A stretch of 64,000 nt of DNA from an uncultured Bacilli bacterium (GTDB taxonomy: Bacteria > Bacillota_I > Bacilli_A > RF39 > UBA660), in NCBI GenBank assembly GCA_944358305.1, contig CALVQK010000001.1, forward strand, positions 163,103 through 227,102. The letters are read 5' to 3'. Below the pieces are notes generated by a model that was given only the letters and a program-made list of their open reading frames with translations, ran no database searches and had not been told where the DNA came from. Of this stretch, positions 29,279-39,264 are shown piece after piece; the first letter of the stretch is position 1, and each line of letters opens with the position of its first letter. Both the position numbers and the translations under genes were made by a program.

Positions 29279-30397
29279 ATGGATAATATAATTTCAAAGA
29301 ACATAATATATTCCAAATTTTTTATATTGTTATCAGCTTTAGCCAAGAATTTATTAGGCACATTTAATGCTATTTATTTGTATAAGCAAGGTTTTTCTTT
29401 AACTTTAGTAGTTTCATGGCAACTAACAGTATATATATGTTACATGATTTTTCAACCATTTATACATAGGTACCTTTATAAGTTCAGTAATAAATTCTTA
29501 ATGGTAATATCCTTCCTATTTTTCTTAAGTGCCTATTTAAAATTAATCTTTGATCTTCATACAACTTTTGATTTAATAGTTAATGCTATCCTTTTTGGTT
29601 TATATGCCAATATCTATTGGAATGTTAGACACAGTCTTGAGTTTAAGACTTTAAATGATAAAAAAATAGGTAGAAAAGTAGGAATAATTTTAATAATTTC
29701 CCAAATATCCGAGATATTAGCATCACTTATCTCTGCTTTTATTCTTGATAACTTTAGTATTATTCCACTATTTATTACCTCTAGTATCTTAATGCTTATA
29801 TCTTTAATTTATGTCTTTATGTTGAAAGAAAAAAGAAGAAAGCCACCTAAGGAATCTATATTTAAGTATTTTAAAACAGTTCCTAAGACAACACTGTTTC
29901 ATATTTTCTTAAAAGAAGCCTCAACTGTTATGAGTCATTTCTTTTCTTTATACTTGTTCCTTTATGTTTCAAATACATATTCTTTTGCAGGACTTGCTAA
30001 CTTTTTCTTAGGCTTAGCAGGAATAATATTTACTTACTTCTTATCAAAGAAAATAGATGAAAAAAGAGAAAGTTATTTACTATTCTGCACAGTATTAATT
30101 TGTACTGTTTATTTACTAAAAATAAATATAACTTCTGAATTTGTTCTAATAGTAGTATTTATGGAAGGCTTTATCAAACAATTCTTTAATGTTGTCTCTA
30201 ATAATAATTATTATTTATTAGGTCATAACTTAGAAAAAACTACTTATATTTGTGGTTATGAATTATTCATAAACTTTGCTAGAGTAGTGATTCTTTTTGT
30301 AGGTTTCTTCTTAACTGGAAGTTTACCTAAACTTATGTATTTTTGCATTGGCTTACTAATTTTATCTGGTTTTCTTCCTTTCAAAATAAAAAAATAA
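29279..30397 (+). CDS. polytopic membrane protein, tandem paralogue 2 (intact); possible transporter
   Basis: See the 28275 ORF. An alternative ATG lies at 29270. Confidence 0.55.
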   Translation: MDNIISKNIIYSKFFILLSALAKNLLGTFNAIYLYKQGFSLTLVVSWQLTVYICYMIFQPFIHRYLYKFSNKFLMVISFLFFLSAYLKLIFDLHTTFDLIVNAILFGLYANIYWNVRHSLEFKTLNDKKIGRKVGIILIISQISEILASLISAFILDNFSIIPLFITSSILMLISLIYVFMLKEKRRKPPKESIFKYFKTVPKTTLFHIFLKEASTVMSHFFSLYLFLYVSNTYSFAGLANFFLGLAGIIFTYFLSKKIDEKRESYLLFCTVLICTVYLLKINITSEFVLIVVFMEGFIKQFFNVVSNNNYYLLGHNLEKTTYICGYELFINFARVVILFVGFFLTGSLPKLMYFCIGLLILSGFLPFKIKK

Positions 30398-30561
30398 AAT
30401 TATTTAACGTTGATATTACTAGTTTTCATCTAGTTTACGAAAACTCGTACTTGTAACTTTTCGATTTTTATTATATATTGTTATTGGGAATGAAAATTCC
30501 TAGTCATCTAACTCTCTTTACCATCTTAATTAATTTTTGTTTAAAGTCGCCCAAATAAACA

Positions 30562-30594
30562 AAAAAAGAAGAGTTTAGGTGACTTCTTTTTTGT
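30562..30594. terminator. bidirectional rho-independent terminator
   Basis: A-run, AAGAAGAG-tttaggtg-ACTTCTT, T-run. Confidence 0.5.
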
Positions 30595-30595
30595 C

Positions 30596-31381
30596 TTAAA
30601 CTAAATTATTAGTTTTTCTATATATTTTAGCACTTTCTACTAATATCCTATTTTCATCTTGTAAAGATTTTTCTAAGACATCAAAATAAGGGCTATTATT
30701 ATCGTTACTTAAATAACTTTCTAAAAGATAATATATATCTTTATTTTCCTTAAATATACCAATAATACTCTTAATATTTGGCATTCTAATAATGATCTCT
30801 TCAAGATCAATTCCATATAGTAGTGAAAGATTTGTAATGGCTTGGTATAATCTATCTAAATTATAGCTAGAACTTAATTTTGTTCCATTCAGGATAAGAT
30901 CATAATGAGTTTCTACTGATGTTTCATTTTGACCTTTAGTGACGGCATCAAAATCGACTAAGTGACCGCCATCTTTATCAATAAGTTGATTAGAAAGAGC
31001 GATGTCATTAAAAAGGAATCCCTGTTTATGAAGTTGTTTCAATTGCCTTGCACAGTCAATGGCTGCCTTCATTTTCTCTTGATGGGTAAAGTGAGCATTT
31101 TTAATTTCTTCTTCAAAAGTTAATGCCTTATCAAAATATAACATTATAAAGCCCCTAAAGTGCTCATCTACTGAATAATAATCAAGAGGGTAACCACTAT
31201 TTTCAATAAAATTTCCTCTAAGGAGTCTCTTTATATTTCTTCTTTTTAAATTACTCTCACTATTTAATACTTTTATAACAGTACCTTTTGGAAGTGACTT
31301 ATAAGTAGCAAGGAAGCCAAAAGCACCTTCCATTTCTGGTATTTTTTTAAGTAAGAAAGATTCCCTAAAACTAATATTCAT
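30596..31381 (-). CDS. protein-kinase-like / aminoglycoside-phosphotransferase-like fold protein
   Basis: Catalytic-loop-like FNDIALSNQLI (compare HGDLHPGNIL) followed by LVDFDAV (DFG/DFD-like). Confidence 0.4.
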   Translation of the reverse strand: MNISFRESFLLKKIPEMEGAFGFLATYKSLPKGTVIKVLNSESNLKRRNIKRLLRGNFIENSGYPLDYYSVDEHFRGFIMLYFDKALTFEEEIKNAHFTHQEKMKAAIDCARQLKQLHKQGFLFNDIALSNQLIDKDGGHLVDFDAVTKGQNETSVETHYDLILNGTKLSSSYNLDRLYQAITNLSLLYGIDLEEIIIRMPNIKSIIGIFKENKDIYYLLESYLSNDNNSPYFDVLEKSLQDENRILVESAKIYRKTNNLV

Positions 31382-31502
31382 ATAATTGCTCCTTCCAAGT
31401 AAACGTTATTTAAAATACTATAAAATTAAATAAAAATCAAGGTTAGGCTTTTAAAGTTTAGAAAATTACTGTATAATAAAGCATAGAAAGAAAGGGATAA
31501 TT

Positions 31503-32807
31503 ATGATTAGTAAACCAAAAGGAACAGTAGATTTAACTGATAAAAAAGCAAGATGTTGGAAGTATGTCGAAGAAGTTATTGATTCTGTTATGGAAAAATA
31601 TAATTATAACTATATTAGAACTCCTATCTTTGAAGCTAGTGAATTGTTTCATAGAGGAATAGGGGATTCTACTGATATAGTAACAAAAGAAACATATGAT
31701 TTTAAAGATAGAGGAGATAGAAGTATTACTTTAAGACCCGAAGGAACAGCAGGAGTAGTTAGAAGTTATATTGAAAATAAAATGTATGGCAAAAATAACT
31801 TACCTGTTAAAGTTTATTATAATGGAACAATGTACCGTTATGAAAGACCACAGAAGGGAAGACTTAGAGAACTTAGTCAATATGGAGTAGAAGTCTTAGG
31901 TAGCACTGATCCTATGATGGATGCTGAAGTTATTTCTCTAGCTTATAACATCAATAAAATGTTAGGCTTAACTGATACAGTAGTACACATTAATAGTCTA
32001 GGAGATAAAGAGTCCCGTGATAAATATAGAGAAGCTTTAAAAAGTTATTTTAAGCCTCATTTAGATGATTTATGTGACGATTGTAAAGAAAGATTTGATA
32101 AAAACCCTTTAAGAATTATAGATTGTAAAATAGATAGTAATAAAGACTATTTTAAAGATGCTCCTAATATTTTAGACTATCTAAATAAAGAGAGTAAAGA
32201 GCACTTTGAAAAGGTGTGTGAATACCTTGATATTTTAGAAGTTAAATATGTAATAGATCCAAAAATAGTAAGAGGTCTAGATTATTATAACCATACTGTC
32301 TTTGAACTTATGACCGAAGAAAGTAATCTTGCTTTAGGTGGTGGTGGCCGTTATGATAACTTAGTAAGTACTCTAGATGGCCCCGAAACATCATGTGTAG
32401 GTTATGCCGTTGGCCTAGATAGATTAGTAGATCTTTTAATGGAAAAAGAGTTAACTACTAATGTAAGAGATTATATAGATGCTTTTATTATGTATGTTAA
32501 TGAAGATGAAAAGAAAAATGCTATTTATCTTGCTAATGAACTTAGAATGTCAGGTTTTGTTGTAGAAACAGAATATACTAAAAAAAGCTTAAAGAGTCAG
32601 TTTAAAAGAGCAGATTACTTTAATAGTAAATATTTAATACTACTAAATAGTGATGACTTGAATGAAGGGTTAGTTACTATTAAAAATAATAAAACTAAAG
32701 AAGAAGAAAAGATTATGATGGAATATATTATTTATTATTTCGATGAACATATAAGTGATGATAATTTACCTATTGACTATCATAATCATGATGAAGAAGA
32801 GGTGTAG
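31503..32807 (+). CDS. hisS: histidine--tRNA ligase
   Basis: Class II aaRS motifs (RPEGTA..R, GGGRYD) and a C-terminal anticodon-binding domain. Confidence 0.85.
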   Translation: MISKPKGTVDLTDKKARCWKYVEEVIDSVMEKYNYNYIRTPIFEASELFHRGIGDSTDIVTKETYDFKDRGDRSITLRPEGTAGVVRSYIENKMYGKNNLPVKVYYNGTMYRYERPQKGRLRELSQYGVEVLGSTDPMMDAEVISLAYNINKMLGLTDTVVHINSLGDKESRDKYREALKSYFKPHLDDLCDDCKERFDKNPLRIIDCKIDSNKDYFKDAPNILDYLNKESKEHFEKVCEYLDILEVKYVIDPKIVRGLDYYNHTVFELMTEESNLALGGGGRYDNLVSTLDGPETSCVGYAVGLDRLVDLLMEKELTTNVRDYIDAFIMYVNEDEKKNAIYLANELRMSGFVVETEYTKKSLKSQFKRADYFNSKYLILLNSDDLNEGLVTIKNNKTKEEEKIMMEYIIYYFDEHISDDNLPIDYHNHDEEEV

Positions 32808-32811
32808 TTTA

Positions 32812-34128
32812 GTGAATAAAATATTTTTTAAAGACTTAGAAAACTATTTTGATAAAGAAATAGAACTAAGTGGTTTCGTTGAAAATATTAGAAATATAAA
32901 ATGGGTACAGTTTTTAGTATTAAGAGACTCTACAGACAAAGTTCAAGTAACTATTGAAAAAAGCGAAGAGAAAAATAAGGAAATGGTAGAATTAGTTAAT
33001 AACTTAACTCTTGAATCTACTGTTAAAGTAACAGGAACTTTAAAGAAAAATGAAAATGTTAGATTAAGAGGAATGGAATTTATTCCTACAAAAATAGAAG
33101 TAACTAGTACAAGTGATGCTGAACTTCCTATCAATATTCATGATAAAGAAGCTCAACTATTAGATCAAAGATTAGATTATAGATGGTTAGACTTAAGAAA
33201 TGAATATAATTTTAATATCTTTAAAATTCAAAGTGATATGGTCAAATATATGCGTGAATTTATGTATTCTAAAGACTTTACAGAAATACATACTCCTAAG
33301 TTAATTGGAGCAGCATCAGAAAGTGGTTCAGAGGTATTTGAAGTAAAATACTTTGATCGTAAAGCTTATCTTGCTCAATCTCCTCAATTTTATAAACAAA
33401 TGGCTATCGCTAGTGGTTATGACAAAGTCTTTGAAGTAGCACCTGTCTTTCGTGCCGAGAATTCTAATACTTCTCGTCATACTACTGAGTTTACTGGTTT
33501 TGATGTAGAATTTGCCTATATTGATTCATATGAAGATGTTATGGACTTAGAAGAAGAATTATTAACTTATACTTTAAAGAAATTAAATGAAAAATATGGA
33601 GAACTAGCTAAAAGTTTGTATGATAAAGAAATCGTAGTACCTAAAGGAAAATTCCCAAGAGTAAAACTTGCAGATCTTTATGAAGAGTTAGAAAAAAGAT
33701 ATGACTATAAAGTAGATGAAAGTGAAAAAAATGACTTAACTACTGAAGCAGAGCGTTTAAGTTATCGTTATGCTATGGATGAATTTAATCAAGAATTTAT
33801 CTTTGTTACAGACTTTCCTAAAGAAAAAAGAGCTTTTTACCACATGCGTAAAAATGATATACCTGAAGGTTATGATTTAATCTATCGCGGAGTAGAAATA
33901 ACTACTGGTGCAGAACGTGAACACAGATATGATGTTTTAGTTAAACAAGCTAAAGAAAAGGGACTAGATAAAGATGTAGAATTCTACTTAGAATTTTTCA
34001 AATATGGTTGTCCTCCTCACGGTGGCTTTGGCTTAGGTATTGATAGATTAACCATGTTAGTATTAGGATTACCTAGTGTTAAAGAATCCATGTTAATATT
34101 TAGAGGACCTAATAGATTAAACCCATAA
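32812..34128 (+). CDS. aspS: aspartate--tRNA ligase, short archaeal/type-2-like form (possibly non-discriminating); AsnRS not fully excluded
   Basis: N-terminal OB fold and class II core FRAENSNTSRHTTEF...GGFGLGIDRL. GTG start 32812 with RBS GAGGTG. The hisS-aspS synteny favours AspRS. Confidence 0.6.
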   Translation: MNKIFFKDLENYFDKEIELSGFVENIRNIKWVQFLVLRDSTDKVQVTIEKSEEKNKEMVELVNNLTLESTVKVTGTLKKNENVRLRGMEFIPTKIEVTSTSDAELPINIHDKEAQLLDQRLDYRWLDLRNEYNFNIFKIQSDMVKYMREFMYSKDFTEIHTPKLIGAASESGSEVFEVKYFDRKAYLAQSPQFYKQMAIASGYDKVFEVAPVFRAENSNTSRHTTEFTGFDVEFAYIDSYEDVMDLEEELLTYTLKKLNEKYGELAKSLYDKEIVVPKGKFPRVKLADLYEELEKRYDYKVDESEKNDLTTEAERLSYRYAMDEFNQEFIFVTDFPKEKRAFYHMRKNDIPEGYDLIYRGVEITTGAEREHRYDVLVKQAKEKGLDKDVEFYLEFFKYGCPPHGGFGLGIDRLTMLVLGLPSVKESMLIFRGPNRLNP

Positions 34129-34156
34129 AGCATGTAAATTTACATGCTTTTTTTCT
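34128..34156 (+). terminator. rho-independent terminator after aspS
   Basis: AAAGCATGTAAA/TTTACATGCTTT palindrome plus a T-run. Confidence 0.65.
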
Positions 34157-34204
34157 TTTCTTATGGAATAAATTTGTAACTTCCATTATACTTTAAGTAA
34201 GTAG

Positions 34205-35023
34205 GTGATACTTATGGAAAATATAAAAAGAGTAGGAATGGTTTTGATTTCCGTATTAACTTTAATTATAGTAGCATCTCTAATCTTTGTAATTAATATT
34301 AATTTAACATCAAGCGAAAAACAAACCTTTAATGATGATAGTGAACATTTAACAGAAGAAGAAATAATTTCATTAATTGAGCTTATAAATGTATATGATA
34401 GTTATTTGATTACTTTTGATGGTACTAAAGATTTAAATACTCTAACTATGCAAGAGAAAATTAACTTTATTGATAGATTGCCAAATGAGGTTAAACAAGA
34501 ATTAAATCTTGATTTTGAAAGTGGTGTCAGTTTAAATAAAATAGAATCTGTTTTAAAAAGTTATTTAGGTCCTAATACTACTTTTTCTCCTGTTAATTCA
34601 ACTTGTTATTTAAATGATGGAGATTACTTAATTTATGATGAAAGTACCAAAATGTATAAGGCAGATAGTGATTATCATGCTCATGGCGCCTATACTCCGC
34701 CATCTATAGAAAACTATTATGTTGAAGGAAAAAGAATTGTCGATGGAGATAAATTAATCTATACTATCACACTAAAAAAGGCTTTCGCTTATCCTAATAG
34801 TTCTCTATATTATGGCAGTTACACTGACCTAGTTAATAATACTAATTTAGTAGTAAATTTATATGAAGAATATGGAAATTATGAACAAGAAGAAATCTCT
34901 TCATTATTAGAAGATTATAAAGACGAGTTTACAAGCTATACTTATGTCCTTGAAACCAAAGATAGCCTTAACAATAGTTACTTAGTAGAACTTGCTAATT
35001 TAAAAAGTCAAAGTGAATTTTAA
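34205..35023 (+). CDS. hypothetical N-anchored secreted protein
   Basis: N-terminal TM/signal. No family recognised. Confidence 0.4.
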   Translation: MILMENIKRVGMVLISVLTLIIVASLIFVININLTSSEKQTFNDDSEHLTEEEIISLIELINVYDSYLITFDGTKDLNTLTMQEKINFIDRLPNEVKQELNLDFESGVSLNKIESVLKSYLGPNTTFSPVNSTCYLNDGDYLIYDESTKMYKADSDYHAHGAYTPPSIENYYVEGKRIVDGDKLIYTITLKKAFAYPNSSLYYGSYTDLVNNTNLVVNLYEEYGNYEQEEISSLLEDYKDEFTSYTYVLETKDSLNNSYLVELANLKSQSEF

Positions 35024-35029
35024 AAGACC

Positions 35030-35497
35030 TTAACTGTTTTTAGTTAAAGTCTTTTCTTTTTGATAACCATCTGCAAAGCTTTTCGCTTCTGTGAATAAAT
35101 CTATAGTTTTAGAGAAAGTTTCGTGTCCTTTATTATTATATCTATAATCTATAAAACTATCTTCATAATCTCTAACACTTTGATAATGAGCTGCAAATTG
35201 ATTAATATTTTCTTTAATAAAATTTGTTCTCAAGATATGTAATCCTTCACTTAAATCACTAACTAAAGTTAAGCCATTATTAATTGTTATATAATCAAGT
35301 CCATTATTACTTTCATTTTCTCTAACTGTCTCAAACTCTTCTTCTAAGTAATTAATACTTCTGCCAGCAGATATTAAAAAACGCCTTCTATCAAAACCGT
35401 TTAAAGTTTTATCTTGAGCTTTCTTTACTAATTCAAAAAATATATTTTCATGTAGGGCTACACTTTTTTCTTTTAAAACTTCAATCATTTCAATCAT
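35030..35497 (-). CDS. hypothetical protein
   Basis: 155-aa ORF divergent from the toxin-like gene. No family recognised. Confidence 0.4.
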   Translation of the reverse strand: MIEMIEVLKEKSVALHENIFFELVKKAQDKTLNGFDRRRFLISAGRSINYLEEEFETVRENESNNGLDYITINNGLTLVSDLSEGLHILRTNFIKENINQFAAHYQSVRDYEDSFIDYRYNNKGHETFSKTIDLFTEAKSFADGYQKEKTLTKNS

Positions 35498-35589
35498 AAA
35501 AACCTCCAGAAACTATTATACTGCAAAAGAAAGATAATCGCAAAAAAATTAAAGTATTTACTAAAACAAGACCTTATGATATAATAACA

Positions 35590-35619
35590 TTGTATTAAAT
35601 GAAAGGAATTTCATATAAT
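35590..35619 (+). promoter_or_regulatory. candidate promoter upstream of the tandem repeats
   Basis: TTGTAT-18nt-TATAAT. Confidence 0.3.
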
Positions 35620-35647
35620 ATAAAAGTAAGTGGATTTCTCTTACGAA

Positions 35648-35745
35648 AATGTCTGTCGCTTCTGGGTGGTGCGACTAATAAATGATCCCAATAGGCAATG
35701 TTTGTCGCTTCTGGGTGGTGCGACTAATAAATGATCCCAATAGAA
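35648..35745 (+). ncRNA. candidate type III antitoxin RNA: two tandem 49-nt repeats
   Basis: Unit 1 (35648-35696) and unit 2 (35697-35745) differ at 3 positions. Each holds a GC-rich hairpin GTCGC-ttctgggtggt-GCGAC, anomalous for this AT-rich genome. The repeats are followed by a terminator and then a ToxN/AbiQ-like ORF. Confidence 0.45.
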
Positions 35746-35747
35746 AA

Positions 35748-35785
35748 TAAAAGAAAGTTCTATCAATGATAGAATTTTCTTTTTA
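35748..35785 (+). terminator. terminator-like hairpin between repeats and toxin gene
   Basis: AAAGAAAGTTCTATC-aat-GATAGAATTTTCTTT (about 15 bp, one G:U) followed by TT. Confidence 0.5.
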
Positions 35786-35800
35786 AGTTTGAAAGGAACA

Positions 35801-35829
35801 TTGACGAACATATTTTTGTGTAGTATACT
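35801..35829 (+). promoter_or_regulatory. strong sigma-70-like promoter immediately upstream of the toxin-like ORF
   Basis: TTGACG-17nt-TATACT. RBS GAGGTG 7 nt before ATG 35866. Confidence 0.45.
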
Positions 35830-35865
35830 TTGGTTACAAATTATATATTTATGAGGTGTTAAAAC

Positions 35866-36333
35866 ATGAAAGTAAAAACAGGATATTTATACCATATTAA
35901 AGATGAATTTTTTGATGTTGTTAATGATGAAAATTTAATGGCTAATAAAGAAAAGGGACATAAACGTCCAACTTATTTTACTATAAGAGATAAAGATATA
36001 TTATGGTTTATACCTTTAAGCAGCAAGGTGGATAAATATAAGAAAATAGTTGATAAAAAAATTAAAAAATATGGTAAATGCAATACAATATTGATAAGAA
36101 AAGTTTTTGATGAAGAAAGTGCAATTTTATTGCAAAATACATTCCCAACTTTAGAAAAATATATTGATCATATTCACAAGAGAAATGGTAAGCCTGCTAA
36201 AGTTCCTTCCGTTTTGCAAAAAGATATAGAAAAAAACTTTAAATATATGATAGATCTGAAAAGACATGGTAATAATTTGTTCTTTACTGACATTGATAAA
36301 ATTAAAGAACAGATGTTAAAAGAGCTTAGATAA
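35866..36333 (+). CDS. ToxN/AbiQ-superfamily type III toxin-like endoribonuclease
   Basis: The 155-aa length and N-terminal pattern Y.Y.I.D.F.DVV....RPTYFTI....LWFIPLSSKVDKYKK match the ToxN/AbiQ core (..RPY.G.V.......YFAPLSSPK.KH) as I recall it. Tandem repeats plus a terminator lie upstream. Confidence 0.5.
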   Translation: MKVKTGYLYHIKDEFFDVVNDENLMANKEKGHKRPTYFTIRDKDILWFIPLSSKVDKYKKIVDKKIKKYGKCNTILIRKVFDEESAILLQNTFPTLEKYIDHIHKRNGKPAKVPSVLQKDIEKNFKYMIDLKRHGNNLFFTDIDKIKEQMLKELR

Positions 36334-36419
36334 TATATATATAGAAAAATTTTAGTAGTTTATAGAACTTTCTTTATTGATGTGTTAAAATATTTGATAG
36401 ATTAAAGAGGAGTGATACC

Positions 36420-38171
36420 ATGAATAATCAAGACATTATTAATGAAGTCAGAAGAAAAAATGATATTGTTGATATTATTGGTGAAAAAATACCTCTTGAA
36501 AAACGCGGGAAAAACTACTTTGGGGTTTGTCCGTTTCATGATGATACCAATCCTTCCATGAGCGTATCTCGTGAAAAACAAATATATACTTGCTTTTCTT
36601 GTCATGCTACAGGGAATGTCTTTACCTTTCTAATGAATTATGAGCATAAAGAGTTTAGTCAAGTTTTAAGTGATCTAGCAGTACGTGTTGGCATTACTTT
36701 AAATGGAGTTAGAGTAAAGAGAACATCAACTAAATATGATGACTGGTATAAAGCTTACGACCTTGCTAATAAATATTATCAAAATAACTTACTAACAAAA
36801 GAAGGGGAAGCAGCTCGTAATTATTTAAAGGAAAGACAAATAGATGATGAAACTATCAAAGAGTTTGAAATTGGCTATTCCCTAAAAACACGAGATGATT
36901 TAACTAAACTATTAACTTTGAAAGGAAACTCACTTGATTTTCTTAATAAAATAGGACTTACTAATGAAGATCATGATATTTATACTTCAAGGTTAATGTT
37001 TCCTTTACACGATTTAAATGGTAAAGTAATAGGCTTTAGTGGCCGTATTATTACTAATAGTAAGCAAAATAAATATCTTAATACTAAAGAAACAGATCTT
37101 TTTAAGAAAGGCAAACTATTATATCACTACCACATTGCTAAAGAAGCTGCTAGAATTAGCAAGTCAGTTATCATTATGGAAGGCTTTATGGATATAATAA
37201 GAGCTAGTACTGTTGGTATAAAAAATACTGTTGCTACTATGGGTACTGCTCTAACTAAAGATCATATCAAAGAGATTAAAAGACTTTCTAATAATATAAT
37301 TCTTTGTTTTGACGGAGATGATGCCGGCGTAAAAGCAACAATTGCATCAGGGGAGTTATTTGCAAGTGAAGGACTTGAAGTAAAAGTAATTTCTTTACCA
37401 AATAAAGATGATCCAGATACTTACATTTTAAAGAACGGTAAAGATGCTTTTGTTACTTTAATAAATAATGCTATTTTCTATAGCGATTTTAAAATTAGAA
37501 ATTTAAGTCGCAACCGTAATTTTGCTAGTAGTGAGGATAAAGCTAACTATATTCATGAGGTTTTAAAAGAAACTGCTAAAATAGAAGATAACATTAGAGT
37601 AGAAATAATTCTAAAAGATCTTGCAAAAAAGTTTGAAATAGGGTATAATACCCTAGAAAAAAGTTTTCAGGAGTTAGTAAATGCTAAGAATGCCGAAAAT
37701 TCTAAAGAACAAGAAATTAAAATCACTACAACTCCTAGAACTTCACAGCTTAAGAAAAAAGATATGTATCAAAAAGCAAGCCTCAGCGTTATATATTATA
37801 TGTTAAATAAGCAAGAGATAATAGATCAGGTAGAATCCGAACATCTTGTGTTTCCTACCGAAGCTTTAAGAGCATTAGAAAGTGAAATTGTTTATTTTTA
37901 TCATAAGTATGGCTTTATTAATGAAGCGGACTTTTATACTTATCTTTCGCCTAAGAAAGAATTAGTTGATCTTTTAAGTGAAATAATAGAGTTAGATTTA
38001 AAAAGTGAACCTAGTAAGGAAGCGCTTTCTGATTACTTTAAAGTAATTAGAGAATATAACTATAAAAAAACAATTGAAGCACTTGAAGAGAAAATAAAAA
38101 ACGAATCTGATCCTACTATGCAAATCAAATATGCAGAAAAGATTAGAGAACTAAGAATAGGGGAGAGTTAA
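36420..38171 (+). CDS. dnaG: DNA primase DnaG
   Basis: N-terminal CHC2 zinc finger ([13 protein letters not shown]...CFSCH), TOPRIM domain (EGFMD..DGDDAG) and a C-terminal helicase-interaction domain. Confidence 0.9.
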   Translation: MNNQDIINEVRRKNDIVDIIGEKIPLEKRGKNYFGVCPFHDDTNPSMSVSREKQIYTCFSCHATGNVFTFLMNYEHKEFSQVLSDLAVRVGITLNGVRVKRTSTKYDDWYKAYDLANKYYQNNLLTKEGEAARNYLKERQIDDETIKEFEIGYSLKTRDDLTKLLTLKGNSLDFLNKIGLTNEDHDIYTSRLMFPLHDLNGKVIGFSGRIITNSKQNKYLNTKETDLFKKGKLLYHYHIAKEAARISKSVIIMEGFMDIIRASTVGIKNTVATMGTALTKDHIKEIKRLSNNIILCFDGDDAGVKATIASGELFASEGLEVKVISLPNKDDPDTYILKNGKDAFVTLINNAIFYSDFKIRNLSRNRNFASSEDKANYIHEVLKETAKIEDNIRVEIILKDLAKKFEIGYNTLEKSFQELVNAKNAENSKEQEIKITTTPRTSQLKKKDMYQKASLSVIYYMLNKQEIIDQVESEHLVFPTEALRALESEIVYFYHKYGFINEADFYTYLSPKKELVDLLSEIIELDLKSEPSKEALSDYFKVIREYNYKKTIEALEEKIKNESDPTMQIKYAEKIRELRIGES

Positions 38172-38172
38172 A

Positions 38173-39264
38173 ATGGTAGAAGAAATTAAAACAATGGCTG
38201 AAAGAAAAGAAAAACTTATTAAATTAGGTAAAGAACAAGGATATATTACTTATGAACAACTAGCTAATGAATTAAAAGGACTTGAAGTAGATAGTGATAG
38301 TCTTGATGATTTATATAACAGCCTAGTATCATTAGGAATTGAAATAGTTTCTGAAGATGGTAGTGATGATGCAAGCGGAGCAGAAATAACAGAAAATACT
38401 AAAACAGAGGATTTAACAATGTCTAAAGACATTAAAATAAATGACCCTGTTAGAATGTATTTAAAAGAAATAGGTAGAATTCCACTTTTAACTAGTGACG
38501 AAGAATTTGAATACGCCGAAAGAGCCGTTGATGGTGATGAAGAAGCCAAAAGAATATTAGCAGAATCTAACCTTCGTTTGGTAGTATCAATCGCTAAACG
38601 TTATGTAGGAAGAGGTATGCTTTTTCTTGATTTAATTCAAGAAGGAAATATTGGTCTTATGAAAGCCGTTGAAAAGTTTGACCCTACTAAAGGATACAAA
38701 TTTTCAACATATGCAACTTGGTGGATTAGACAAGCTATAACAAGAGCTATTGCTGATCAAGCTAGAACTATTAGAGTTCCCGTTCATATGGTTGAAACAA
38801 TTAATAAACTAGCTCGTGTTCAAAGACAACTTACTCAAGAATTAAATAGAGAACCAACAGATGATGAAATAGCAGCTAAATTAGAAATACCTGTAGAGAA
38901 GGTAAGAGAAGTATATAAAATTAGTCAAGATCCTGTCGCTTTAGAAACACCTATTGGTGAAGAAGATGATTCTCATTTAGGAGACTTTATTAAAGATGAT
39001 AGAATGATTGGTCCAGAAGAATATACTACTGAAGAAATGCTAAAAGAAGAACTTGCTAGTGTCCTTTTAACATTAACTGATAGAGAAGAGAAAGTATTAA
39101 GATTAAGATTTGGTCTTGATGATGGACAGTGTAGAACCCTAGAAGAAGTAGGACAAATCTTTGGTGTAACAAGAGAGCGCATTAGACAAATAGAAGCAAA
39201 AGCTTTAAGAAAATTAAGGCATCCATCAAGATCAAGAAAGTTAAAGGATTTCTTAACAGATTAA
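38173..39264 (+). CDS. sigA: RNA polymerase primary sigma factor SigA/RpoD
   Basis: Sigma-70 regions 1.2, 2, 3 and 4 ([31 protein letters not shown]; TWWIRQAI). Conserved position after dnaG. Confidence 0.9.
   Translation: MVEEIKTMAERKEKLIKLGKEQGYITYEQLANELKGLEVDSDSLDDLYNSLVSLGIEIVSEDGSDDASGAEITENTKTEDLTMSKDIKINDPVRMYLKEIGRIPLLTSDEEFEYAERAVDGDEEAKRILAESNLRLVVSIAKRYVGRGMLFLDLIQEGNIGLMKAVEKFDPTKGYKFSTYATWWIRQAITRAIADQARTIRVPVHMVETINKLARVQRQLTQELNREPTDDEIAAKLEIPVEKVREVYKISQDPVALETPIGEEDDSHLGDFIKDDRMIGPEEYTTEEMLKEELASVLLTLTDREEKVLRLRFGLDDGQCRTLEEVGQIFGVTRERIRQIEAKALRKLRHPSRSRKLKDFLTD

Noticed and set aside
31382-31502. T-box riboswitch leader upstream of hisS
   Set aside because: The intergenic region is only 121 nt, too short for a T-box (~200-300 nt), and no specifier or antiterminator signature is visible. 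A simple promoter (extended -10 TGTATAAT) is more likely.
35648-35745. Tandem direct repeats considered as a CRISPR array
   Set aside because: Only two units and no real spacer (the units abut). The period of 49 nt and the unit hairpin do not fit a repeat-spacer architecture, and no cas genes are nearby. The context (terminator plus ToxN-like ORF) fits a type III antitoxin instead.
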